Below, one piece after another: positions 13,726 through 28,850 of a DNA stretch of 64,000 nt. The notes beneath the pieces are model-generated. The model saw only the letters and a program-made list of their open reading frames with translations. It was not told the DNA's origin and made no database searches. Both the position numbers and the translations under genes were made by a program. The DNA comes from the human T2T-CHM13v2.0 reference genome, Homo sapiens. Where the stretch lies: NCBI RefSeq assembly GCF_009914755.1, contig NC_060941.1. One strand, 5' to 3'. Positions within the stretch are counted from its first letter, which is position 1, and each line of letters begins with the position of its first letter.

Positions 13726-15544
13726 GTGGCCAGCCCCATACATTAATCTGTCCACAACAGAAAGCAGCTCCTTGCCCTGACCAGTCCTGCCCCTTACTGT
13801 GGCCAGCATCTCCATCTACTCAGGAACCCGCTCCAGAACACCAACTGTCATTGCCTCACTCACCCTCAAACTCAACATAAGACTGAGCATCGGGACGTTG
13901 AGGCTATCTCCGGAATAGTTCTCAGATGCCCTCCCTCGTCTCTGCCACTTCCCTAGGTCAGGTCTTCACCATTGTCCACCAAGGCTGCCGCAGACTCCTC
14001 ACCCCTCTCTCTGTCCCACCCCTGCGTGTTGCATTCCTCCCACCCCATGCCTCCTCCCTCCCCCATCCCTGCTCCACTCTGACAGAGTGACCCAAAAGGG
14101 TCAAAGGTGGCCCACCAGGGCCACCTTCCTCCTCGAAGCCTTCACCAGTGCTGTCTACCTGCAAGGAGTCAGCATCTGCCTCTACCCACGGGTTTTGTCT
14201 GTGGCTCTGGATAATGTACTTGCAAGCCAGCAGATGAGTGCAGCTTTGGGTAGGATTCCCCTCCTTCCCCCACTCCTCCCAACAGCAGGGAGTGGCCCTG
14301 CCCTCCCACCTTGGTCTACAATGGTCATTGACAGCCTTTGTTAATCTCTATGCTTCTCAAAAACGCAATTTCTCCCTGAAATGGTTGCCTGAAGAGACTT
14401 TAATGAAGGGAACATTCATAGCCATGTGAGTAGGGTTAAGGGAACTATCAAAGAATATTCTAGCACCCAGGGACTAGCAATAGAGGGAAGTCATGACCAT
14501 GTCTAAGTTTGCAGGGCCAAGGGTGGAGAACCCTTAGAGGAGCCATTAGGCCTGGGGCCAGGTGGGTGGGGCTGCTGTGGTCTTGGGGGCACAGCACAAC
14601 CTTTGCAAGGCAAGGAGGGAACAGGGAACAAACAGCCCATCCTCTCCCTCCTCTTCCCCTCAATATCCTGCAGGGCCCAATCAGAAGCCAGCCGGCCAGG
14701 GAACCAAGGGATTCAGTCTGCAGGAGTCAGTCTCCTTGAGCACAGAGTGGGGCACAGCAGGGTGGAGAACGGACTGGGGTCAGGGCAGAGAAAAACCGCG
14801 TCCATACCAGGATGATGAGGAGTGGCAGGTGTGCTACCACCAGAGAAGGGAGCAGACAGCACAAATAACAGAGGGCCATGATAGGGCCTCTCTGCAACCT
14901 GCAGCTCATCAGCCTCTGAACACACCCATCCTTTGCATGAAATTTTTGTCTTTGCATCTCCTCTCTCAGTTTGCTCGTGCTCTGCCCTTTATCAACAGGA
15001 ATGTCACTTCCAGCCTTTAGGGCTGGCCTTCTCCTCCAAATGCGCCTTGGTCTTCCCCGAAGCCAGTTCAGGCTGTGAATTTTCTGTATATGGGTTACTC
15101 ATGGCATTATGTCCTATAAGTGATGCATAAAACAGAAAAATGATAAAACAACAGGACCTCTCTTAAATAAAAGAATAAAATGTGATTTCTCTTGTCTTAG
15201 TCAGTTATAAGCTCTCCTCCTTCCCTCTCCATCTTCTAGTGCAATCTCTGGCCTACAGGTACTGCCTATCATACTGAAGGTGGTTCATCATATCTCTCTT
15301 CATGGCACCACATTGCTAGTTAAGCAAGAAGCTTCAGCGCACTCCTCTTCCTTGCCCTCCCACCATCTAAGCAGCCTAACTCCTGTGAATGCTCCTGAAT
15401 CCCTTCTACCCAGCCCGACTGCCTCTGCCCAGCTTAGGCCCCAGCCCTGGGGCTAGACCCCTGCCACAACCTCTGCAGGCTCTTACTACCCCTTGTCCTA
15501 CCTTCTTCTTCTTGTGGGGTTTTTTTTATTGTTTTATTTTGTTT

Positions 15545-17110
<1,566 letters not shown>

Positions 17111-17250
17111 GTCTTTTGTCAGAATGGGTTTTTAAAATATAAAGAACAAAAATAGCTTTACTGGTTTTTATTTTTATCACAACAGTGATACATATTACTT
17201 TCTTAAAGTCATGAAAAAAAAAAAAAAGAAAGTTATAAAGAAGAGGTTGA

Positions 17251-17594
<344 letters not shown>

Positions 17595-19344
17595 CAGCAA
17601 AGTGATATATTTTTTTAATTTACCCACGTTGCTTCTTCACTTAAAATGTCTGTATGCCTCCCACTGGTCTCAGGAGAAAGTTCTGATTCCTTAATATGGC
17701 TAAGGTCTTTCCATGACCCAGCTACACCCATCTCCTGAGCCTCTTCTCTCACCATCAATACACTTGAGCTTTGTTCTCCATCTTTCCCTGAACGGGCCAT
17801 GCTTGCTGTTCTTTCTAAGGCTTCCAAAGCACCTGTTGTTTGCTCTGCCTAGAACACCCCTGTACCTTCTTATTTTCCCATCTCACTCTTACCTGACTTT
17901 TCAGGCCTCAGCTTAGATGTTACTTCCTCTAGGAAGCCTTCTCAGATTCCCTGTGACCCCACTTCTCTGGGTCTCCAAAGCTCCATAGACTTTTCCCAGC
18001 ATAGCCCTCCCTGGTCATTCTGTGTGGCAGTGAGCTCTCCCTGAGAGTGGGGACTTCATTGGCCTGCCTCATACTGTTTAGTGGAGGTCGTAGGTGGGTT
18101 CGCTCATATATTGGTATCAAAATTGGATGTTCCAGCTGGGTGTGGTGGTGCACACTTGTAGTCCTTGCTACTCAGGAGGCTAAGGCGAGAGAATTACTTA
18201 AGCCCAGGAGTTTGAGGCTTCAGTGAGCTATGATCGTGCCACCGCACTCCAGCGCAGGCAACAGGGTGAGGCTCAAACAAAACTCAAAACAAAAAACTTG
18301 TTCTTTTATGTTCCCTCCAAAGAGAATGGATAGAGATGGGAATGATTTTTAACTTGGAGTGTGTTTTTTATATTGCCCTGAAGGAAATGTTGGTGCTGTA
18401 ATTATAGGATGTGAACCATTACAAAGTATGCATAGAACAGGTCCATACAAACTGCAGGCCAATAATCAGAGAAGTGGCATTTCACCTTAGGAAAGAGTAG
18501 ACATACTCAGTCATATTTGTGATGTGATTAAATTGTTTTTGGCATGTATCAATATCATAAAAACTCTAAATCATGGAAACCTTCCTATGGCATTAAGAAG
18601 GCTTTAACAAAGGGTCGGGTCCACTTTAGAACTCTAAGTTTTTAAGTTTTTAGAACACCCTCTAGGAACTCTGCATTCTACATCAAATGTACTCATTTAA
18701 AAAGAAAAAGAATGTGCAAAGGAAGGAATTATGAAGTGTCCAATTTTTCTGATTTTTTTTTTCTTTCCCCCAAGACCCATGCAGTTTGGATTTGTTTTGG
18801 TTATGGTTGTTGTTTTCATTTAACTCATCAAAATACACTCAGTGTTCTGGCAGGGAGTCTCTGGGTCAGCTGGGGTAGAGGGCAGATGGTGAGAGGGCTC
18901 CTTGTGGGATCCAACAGTGATTCCCTGGCTGCTTTCTGAACATGTTTGCGGATTTGGGGCTGAGTTCCTTCCCTATCCAGGGAGTCTTTGGCCAGAAGAA
19001 TAGTAATTGGGAGGAACAGGAAGGCCGTGTGCAGTCTTGTAAATAAGGAACAACAAGTTCCCAGCATATAACTTTACTTGTTCAACTATTCTGTGGAAGC
19101 AGCACACTGAAGGAACCCCTGCTGCCTGCTTCTTGCTGGCCTGTTTGCCAGACAGGGAGGAATAGAAGCTAAGAGTCTGAGTCTCCTTCAAACCTGGACC
19201 CTGTCATTATTGCTTTACCTCTCCAGCCTCAGTTTGTTCATCTGCAAGATGGGGATTGCACTAGCACTTGCTTCCTTAAGTTAGTTAACTTGCTTCCTTG
19301 GGTTAGATACTAAATGAAATGGTGCAAATAAAGTTTTGTGCCAA

Positions 19345-19860
19345 ATAAGTAGCCTGCATTTGTCCCTCCAGATCCTGTCTGTCTCCCTTTTCGCCTGGCC
19401 GTGGGACCCAGATTAATTGTCGCCGTAGACTCCCTTGGCCTGTGGCTTCTGGTTGAGTTTCATCAGTGGGAGACACCAGAACGGATTAGAAGGTAGGAGG
19501 AGGGAGAGGCCAGGGTATTCAATCCCCTAGTTCCTCACCAAGGAGTCACAGCCACACCAAGCATAAATACAATCTCAAAAGAAATCATTTCAGCTTGAAT
19601 GTCATCTTTTTAAAGAATTTCCACAGTTCACCTCAGCAATTGGCTGCATCCCTCTCCTGAAGGCCACAGCTCCTAGGAGGCTGTCCTCTCCAGCTCCGGG
19701 AACCGTCTGCCTCCCTTACCCCTTTATGGTCTAGAGGTTGTTAACCCTGATCTTTTATTATTTCTTGTTGGTTTGCCTTAATCCTGCCCACGCCTTTGTA
19801 AAAAGTCTCTTTATTAAACACTCTTCAGGTACCCAGTCTCCTGCTGGGATCCCAATACTA
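19345..19860 (+). mobile_element. LTR33-like ERVL LTR interrupted by a short unique insert
   Basis: ggcttctggttgagtt...gaaggccacagctcc...ctttattaaac...ctgctgggatcc. Confidence 0.6.
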
Positions 19861-20039
19861 CAGGGCCTTGGCACATGATTCTTGGCACATAGTAAGAATG
19901 CATTAAATGCTAGCTGTTAACTTTGGCTACTATTAGATAACAAAGATCTGAGCACACATCAAGATTGTGAAGGAGAGCATCTTTCCCAGGAACTGGTACA
20001 CAGGAAACTTTCCGTAAAGGCTTGTTGAAGAAAAGACTA

Positions 20040-20650
20040 CAGCATCATTCTTCAAAGCGTGAGCTGTGCTCCCCTCAGAGGCCCATAAGGCCAAACTATT
20101 TTTAGAATAATACTCAGACATTATTTGTCTTCCTGCTGTATTGGCATTTTCACTGATGTGCCAAGGCAGTGGCAGGTAAAATGACTGGCGCCTTAGCAGG
20201 AATCCAGGCAGTGGTACCCAATTCTATTAGCGGTCATCGTATCCTTCCCCACCACGCACTTACAGTACGAAAATAAAAATAAAACATTCTTAAAATGCCA
20301 GTTGCCCTGAAGAATGCCCTGGTGAAACAGTATAGAGTGACCCAAAAGGGCATATGCAGGCAGTACTTCTGCTGTATGACAAAGTGCAATGGGGTTTCAC
20401 AAGGAAAAGCATGTGTGCAATTGCTGGTGTTGAACTGGCTATACATGTTTTATGTGCATGTTGGGCAGACATCTTGACAATGAATGAAGTGAGCCTGTCA
20501 CCTCAAGAAAAACAATTTACAGTATTTATTAAATAGAACTTCCCAGAGGAAACCAGATTTTGGAAAACTTACATCTGCTACAGAAGGCTGGCAACTTCCC
20601 AATACTTAAAGACTTTTATAATGAGATCACTGGTGATATTAACGAATGTC
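20040..20650. mobile_element. Charlie1-type hAT transposon fragment
   Basis: cactgatgtgccaaggcagtggcaggtaaaatgactggcgccttagca matches the recalled Charlie1 consensus. Confidence 0.65.
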
Positions 20651-23139
20651 ACTACTGATACACAGTACCTTTTATAATTATATACTCATTTGCATCTTTA
20701 CTCATTTAATCTCTGTCCCTCTCAGCCAAATATCCACCCAGTTTTTTTATGGCAGTGACCAAAGTATATCTGGTCTGTGATTTAGTGCTTGGCACACAGT
20801 AGGACCACAACAAAGCTCACTGGAAAAATGTATAAAGGAGCAAATGAATAAATGAAATAACTGCTCTTTCCCTATAATCTTGCTAAATCCTCCTTGGAAA
20901 TTTTCTTGATATCTGTGTCAGTCTGCTCATTATAACAGCCTAGGCCAAATGTACATTAAAAGCACCAAAAAGTAATATATATTTCACACTCCTAAACACC
21001 AACTGAAATAATCATTGAAGAAAAACAACCAAAACAGACACACACTGAGAATAAGAAAGAAATGAGCACTGGTTTCCATGACATTTCACTATTTATTTAA
21101 AATATTAGGAAAACGAATATGCCACAAAGGCTTAAAAAGCAATCATTAGTCAAATCAAAAGGCAAATTGCAAATCTGCTGAAAACCACAAATTCAACAAT
21201 TGCACTGGCTGAGTTAGAAATGGCCCAACATTAAGGATAATCTCAAATGTTCCTGGACCAAGGAAGAAGGGGTATATGGAAAATGAGTTTTAATTTCTTC
21301 AGATTCCTTTCTCCAAGTGGGGGGGTGTAAATCAAAGCAAAACAAAAACCAGTATCTGTGTTCCATGTCAAATGCCAACTATAATGATTTAAGTAAATTA
21401 TTTCTCAGTAATTAGAGCAGAAATTAAAAGTAGTCCTTTATTATGGCTCTGGAGTGGTGTGATAATGAACTTAAATACCCACCAGAACTTGACCTATGCT
21501 GAGAATCATAAAGTGGACAGTTATTCTATCAAGGCAGGACCTTTTTCCAAGAAGGCAAAATACTTCCTGTGACATTTTTGCAGAATTAAAGATCCATCAG
21601 CATTTGGAAAAATTATTTTGCTCATTAGTACAAGCAAGGTAATCCTATATATAGAATGGTGGCTCAGAACTTAACTGCACTGGAATACTGAAGGCTCCGT
21701 CCTAAAGAAAGGCAGAACAGTGCTGTGGGCAATTTACACCTCGGTCACTCCAAACTGGCCTTTGAGGTAATGGGGAACAAAAGGGTAATGGAGTTACTAC
21801 ATACATTTGTCAAAGAGCTAAACATGAAAGCATATTTTACAAAGACTACTTACAATAAAGCTAAAATGATTTATATTTGCCCAACAAGAACACTCCTTAA
21901 AGGATCACAGGCCAAAATGGAACACTTCCAAGAAAAGTGTATTCCCAGGTTTCACAAGCACTTACAAATATAATCACAAAAGAAATAATTTAAGCTTGAA
22001 GACATTCAAGCTTTATTCAAGCTTCAAGACATTCATCTTTTTAAAGAATTTCCACAGCTCACCCGAGCAATTGGCAAACAACCTCTTTCCTAAAATTTGA
22101 GTAGATTAAGAGAAATTTAATGAGTCTAAGTGAGGCGATAGAAAATATTTATTTGGAATAACCTCCAGGTTTTATAGCAGAGCTATATCCCACAAAATTT
22201 CTACCCTGGAGAGAAGCAAAGGAAGGAATGGAAAGAAGTAACAATCATTTAGTAAATGCCAATACTGTACGGTGCTTGGTGGTGGGGACCCAGAAGTAAA
22301 ACAACTAGTCCATCTCCTCAAGTAATTTAGAACAGTCTAGTAGACAGACATAAAAGAGTCAAAAATAGCAACCTTGCGCTGCAATTGCTATGCTAGCGGG
22401 ACGTTCTGATTTACTAGGGGGAGGCACCAGAAAGGCCTCTCAAAAACGACATCATTTAAGGTGAGTTTTTGGGGATGAATAAGAGTTAACCAGGTAAACA
22501 AGAGCAGAAGATACAACTACAAAAGCAGGTGCCATGGGAGGAGAACTTGCAACACACCATCATCCCACATACATTGTTTCTACTCATGGATTTCCACTGC
22601 CAATGAATGGCACTAAGTTGCCTATACAAAACCCTACACGTCATTTTTTATCCCTATTCCTCCCTCCCTGCACCCACTCCTCCTGCCCCAGCAACAGCCC
22701 ACTGGTCTCCAATTCAAGATACCATAATCATGTTCCCATGATATCTCTACCTTAAAACCTCTACTACAATACTCTCTCAGAAGACAGTGACATTGAATAT
22801 TAAAAATAACATGAATTGTTTAAAGTCTTTTGGAAAGCAATTCAATAATGTATACTAAAAGCTTTAAAAATATTCTGATTCTTGGACCTAGTAATTCATT
22901 TTCTCGGAATATACCCATAGAAAATAACTTAAAATATTAAAAGTACTTTATGCACAAAAATGTTCTGAGTGTTGTTTATAATAGAAAGATATTGGAAATG
23001 ATCCAACTATCTAACAAAAGAGGATAATTCATGGTTACAAATAGATTATAATAATATGAGGACATGTGTATGTTAATATTAAGGGAAAAAACAGGATAGA
23101 AAATTGTAGATACTTTTTTTAAATATATACAAAGACTAA

Positions 23140-23507
<368 letters not shown>

Positions 23508-25030
23508 TACAGTTGATTTTCTTTTATTCTTTTGACTCTTTCTTGGTTTCCAATTTTTCAATAGTACATGTGAAAGGTTTAAATATTTTTAATTATACAA
23601 GTAATTACTCTAGTATACAATTCAAACATCAAATCACCACCTTTAATCCTAGTCTCCTAAATGAGATGATACAGTTAAACGTCAACTGATTACCTCTCTA
23701 GATCTTCTTTTAGAAATTTACATGCATATCCATGTACCTATATAAATACTGCATATAGTATTGTTTTGGGTGTGAGTCCTAGGAAGGCAGAATTTTACTG
23801 TTACCCAGGTTGGAGTGCAGCAATCATAGCTCACTTCAGCCTTGAACTCCTGGGCTCAATCGATCTCCCACCTCAGCCTCTCCTGAGTAGCTGGAACTAC
23901 AGGTGCATGCCACCCCACCTGACCAGGACTGTGAATTTTATTCAGAGTAAGACAGGAAGTCATTGGCAGGTTTTGAGCAGGAGAGGGTCAGGATCTTGTT
24001 TACACTTTAAGAAATGACTCTGACTGCTCCATTGACAGCAAGACAGGAAGTAGGGAGACCATTAAGAGATTATTGCTTAGTCCACTCTACAGATAATTGT
24101 GGTGGAGGTGGCAGTGGAGGGCGAGAAGTAGTCAGGTTCTGGATTTGGAGGTTGTCCCCTTAGCCCAATGTGGAACGCTAAGGCAGCAGCCATTATGAGG
24201 GTAAAACAGTGTATTTTGTTTGGGGCTGTTAGATCTGAAATGCTTGTTAAATATTCCAGTACAAACAGTGGTGTGGAGTAGACAGTCATGTAAATGACCA
24301 GGAAGAGGTCAGGCTGGAGATAGAAGTGTGTGCCGTCAGCAGGGAGGTGAGCTTTAAAGCCACATGGAGGGCAGAGCCCTGGGACCTCCTGACATTTAAA
24401 CAGCTGTCAGAGGCCAAGAATCCAGTAAAGGAAACCTAGCAGCGGGAGCCACCAAGTGGAATGAGAAGCCTGGGCGAGGCATGCTGGGAAAGTGGAAACC
24501 AAGTGAGCAGAGTGCCCAGAAGGAAGGAAGAGAGATCAATTGTGTCAAAACAAAACTAACGTGTACTGGTTCCCAGTCCTAGGATGCCAGGAGCAGAGAT
24601 GGACCACCTTTGCAGTTCTCCAAGACAGCACTTCTTGACTTGAAGGTGAACAGGGATCACCTGGGGGTTAGGGAGGCACAGATTTGCCTTTGGGAAGTAT
24701 GGAGAGGAGCCTGGGTCTGCATGTCTGACGGGATCCCAGGTAAGGCCCGTGCAGCCCAGCTGGGGATCATATTTTGAACAGCAAGAGTTTAGACCACAAT
24801 CCTGAAAATCAACATAAGCACATTCATCACTAAGGAAACCTTCAAGGAAAGCTCAGAATATTTTTCCACCTTCTTCCCTCTAAACACAAACCTAGCCCTT
24901 CTTTTCGCACAGCCTGATCTTCATTAATTTCTCCCCAAACAGAGGTTTTTTCTCTGTCAGGATCTTGAGCCTTCATTATACCATGAGCTCTCTAACATGA
25001 TGGGGCCACTTTGTCTAAAGTAGAAAGTCA

Positions 25031-25168
25031 AGAGGATCGCTTGAGCCCAGGAGGCCCAGACTCCAGTGAGCCATGATCGCACCACTGCACTCCAGCCTGG
25101 GCAACACAGTGAGACCCTGTCTCAAAAATAAATAAATAATAAATAAATAAATAAATAAATAAATAAAT
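25031..25168 (+). mobile_element. 5'-truncated Alu with (AAAT)n tail
   Basis: TSD agtagaaagtcaa. Confidence 0.85.
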
Positions 25169-26709
25169 AGTAGAAAGTCAATTCAGCTGAAACCTACATG
25201 CCTCCAAAAGGGATGTCTCCAAGCAAATTAGTTCCAGCCTTCGGAGAGGGTTCATCCCATTCCTATGAAGTCTAGAATCCTACTCTCCAAAATCTCTGAA
25301 AATGTGGGGTCAAGTTTATTCTGAATATTCTCATAACCAATTTCTCTACCCCTGCCACTTCCACATTCTAGCCATTCCCTTGCTCTCTTGTCAGCCCCCA
25401 CCACCCCATACAACACATCCCTGCCATCCACCATTCCCTCAAGGAACTACTAACACAAAGTTTCTGTATGTAGCGGACTTGTCCTAAGGTTTGGGGGTAG
25501 CAGTGGGTAATAACAGCACAGAGCAGAAAGCAAATTTAAACTCAGTGTCCAGAGTTACCATAAAATAAATGTATCCGTTATTCCTGCTGCTGGGAATTTC
25601 AGTGGGTTGCCCTCCTTGGGTTCTACCTTCCCACCTTTCTCTTCATACGCTACCTCCATATGCTGCCTCCATACACTCAAAATCCCTCCTTCTCTCTTAC
25701 CCAGAGCCATCTGTCTCCCTCTGATCTCCCTCTCCATCCCCTCTGGGCCTTGCCTTCCTTCATCTAGGTTCCCCGCAAGATGTCCGTGCTCCTCTGGGTT
25801 GAATACTGGCCCTCCCTACAGTACAGGGTTACCCAGCAATCTTCTCAAAAGCACTTTGTCCTTCCCACCACCAAGTCAGAAAAGAACAGCTTGTTGCAGT
25901 GAATCAGCAGGATCTATGTCAAACAGTCTAGCCCTTTGTGTGCACGGGCACAGCTTGTCTCAACCTGTTTTCAAAAAGCCTATAAATCCACAGAAGCCAA
26001 CCTCTGCCAATATTTAAGCCAAGTGTTAAGTGTATAAACATGGCTCAGTAGATCTTCATGAGGAGAGACTTCTGCAAATCTTCATACTTGTTTTCATTTT
26101 GAATTCTTAACACCTCCCCTAAAGCACCATTTGTTTACCCTCATCAATGGCCTCTTCCCTCTCTGGAAGTGTTTTCTTTTGCACAGTCCCTTAACATGGA
26201 GAAGCAAAATAAAATAACCTGACCAGTCATCTCTCGGTGATTTAGTGTGGAGGGGTGAGTGTGAGGGTATGTGGCTCTGTTCTCAAGGGCACATGCATTC
26301 TCCAATGATCACTAACTCTACTCATTTGCCCAAGTCCACTTGTTTGTCTCCTGGGTACCATGGCAAGAAGGTGCAATAGCGCATCCAAAACGTCACTTCC
26401 TATTTCCCAGGTATGACAGCATCTAAAGGCAAGCATTTAAGAGGCTGTGTCCTGAACCTCTAAAGGGCCCCTGGAAACAAGATCTAATCACATCATTCCC
26501 CTGCTTGAAATCCCTGCACAGCTCCCTACTGTGTACAGAAACCCAACTCTGCTGTGGCATCCAAGTACCTTCCAACCCAGCCTCACAACAACCTGGCGAT
26601 GCCATCTGCCATCATTCCACAAAACCCAGGTCCGCAAGTCAAGGCGAAAGTAGAAGAGGGGGCTGGAACTCAGACCTTCTGAAAAAATACTCAGTAAGGC
26701 CTTTTCAAA

Positions 26710-27722
26710 ACACACACACACACGAACCCTCACACACCCCTCACACATACACCCTCACGTACACCCCTCACACACACCCTCACACATACACAGCCTCACA
26801 CACACCCCTCACACACACCCCTCACACACAACCCTCACGCGCACACACACCCACACACACACCCTCACACACAGACCCCTCACAGACTGCTCACACACAG
26901 ACCCTCACACACACCTATTACACACATTCACACACTCCTCACACATACACCCTCACACCCCTCTACACACATACACCCTCACACACACCCCTCTACACAC
27001 ACACCTCATACACAGACCCCTCACACACCCCTTACACATACACCCTCACACACTCACACACCCCTTACACATACACCCTCACACACACCTGCACCTTCAC
27101 ACACCTCTCACACACACCCCTTACACACACCCTTACACACACCCTCACACACCCCTCACACATACTCCTCACACATACTCCTCACTCACCTCACACACAA
27201 TCCTTGCACAGACCCTTCACACACACACCCCAGACATCCCTCATACACCCTCACACATGCATCCCTCACACACACCCCTCACACACCCCTCACACTTCTG
27301 ACACACACCCTCACACACCCCTCACACTTCTGACACACACCCTCACACTCCTTGCACAGACCCCTCACGCACACCCCTCACACACCCCCACCTCACACAC
27401 ACTCCTTGAACACACCCTTCACACACACACTCTCACACACACCATCACACCCCTCACATACATCCTCACACACATGCATCGCTCTCCCACACTCCTCATG
27501 CACCCTCACACACCTTCACATACTCCTCACACACATACCCCTCATACAATTCTCACATTCGAATACACACACCCTCACACACACACCCCTCACACATCCC
27601 TCACACACACAAACCCCTCACATGCACAAACCCCTCACACACACCCCTCACACACACCCTCATACATACCCTCATACACACACCCCTCACACACATTCAC
27701 ACACACATACACACATACACAA
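26710..27722. repeat. CA-rich low-complexity/minisatellite-like array (CACCCTCACACA-like units), ~1 kb
   Basis: Seen directly in sequence. Confidence 0.95.
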
Positions 27723-28698
27723 TACTGGCAGCCAAATTCACAGCATGGTGCATCCATCCCACCCTCTTCCCAAGCAAAGGGACATCTGTGCGCAGCTGTT
27801 CTTGGCCTACACTCAGAAACAGGGAGGGTGAGGAGGTCTTGGCAAAAGGCAAAGAGCCAGAAGGGCTGGCTCCCAGGAGGCAAAGGCCTTAGCCTCTGAA
27901 CTCCCTCCTTCCCAGGCTATGAAGATGTGGGCCCGTATGGCAGCTCTAATGCCAGCCTCTGGCCTCCCCTGGCCAGAGGTCCAGGCTTATCGGCTCCTCA
28001 CCACCCAAGGACAAACCTGAGGCCACTGCCTCTTATGCTCCAACTGGGAGTGCAGGGCCAGGATCATTTTGACAGTCACAGTTAAATGCAGTAAATTACC
28101 TCTTTTTACATGCCACTGACTGGCATTATTAATTTTGCTTTCAGTAAATCCATAAAAGAAGAAGTCAACAAGGAGACCCAAGAGGCGTGAGTGGGTCAAA
28201 TGGTAAGTCGAGGATGTGAAGTACTCCCAGCCGCAGGGCCAGCATGAGGTGAGGAGGCCTGTGGTTTCTAGGGATACCCCTCCAGGGGCCTCAGAATAAA
28301 CTGCCTGACTCCTCGCTTGGGTTGGTATCCTGCTGCCTCTGGCTCTTCTGTCACATTGCAGACTGGCACCAGGAAACCTGTGTCAGCCCCAAGGTTCTAT
28401 CCAGAGCCCTACAATATGAGACCTGGAATTAGACATTCTGGAATCTAGGCCAGATTCCAGCCAAACTCTGCATTTTATAGATGAAAAAACTAGGCTTCCA
28501 AAAGAGGAAGTGACTTACCCAAAGTCCACAACTAGTTAGCGGCAGAATATGGACTGGAAATGCACTGGGTGGAATATTCTTCCTGCCTCATCCCTACCCC
28601 CTGCCCTGCCTGAGAACTCCTGGTCATCCTTCAAGCCACAGCTGGGTGGGCACCTCCTCTGGGAAGCCTTCCCAGCCTCCCCTTTCCTTCCAGTTGGA

Positions 28699-28850
28699 GC
28701 TCGAGACTCTCTTCTTGCAGAGCCGCAGTCCATTGTACCAGATAACCTCGTTAGTGAGCCCAAATCAGGCTGGGGCTCGAGACTCTCTTCTTGCAGAGCC
28801 GCAGTCCATTGTACCAGATAACCTCGTTAGTGAGCCCAAATCAGGCTGGG
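28699..28850. repeat. Perfect 76-bp tandem duplication
   Basis: 28699-28774 is identical to 28775-28850. Confidence 0.97.

Noticed and set aside
26505-27899. 464-aa His/Thr/Pro-rich ORF
   Set aside because: Translation of the CA-rich low-complexity repeat
28699-28850. CRISPR-like or mobile-element reading of the direct repeat
   Set aside because: Two adjacent units, no spacer, eukaryotic intron
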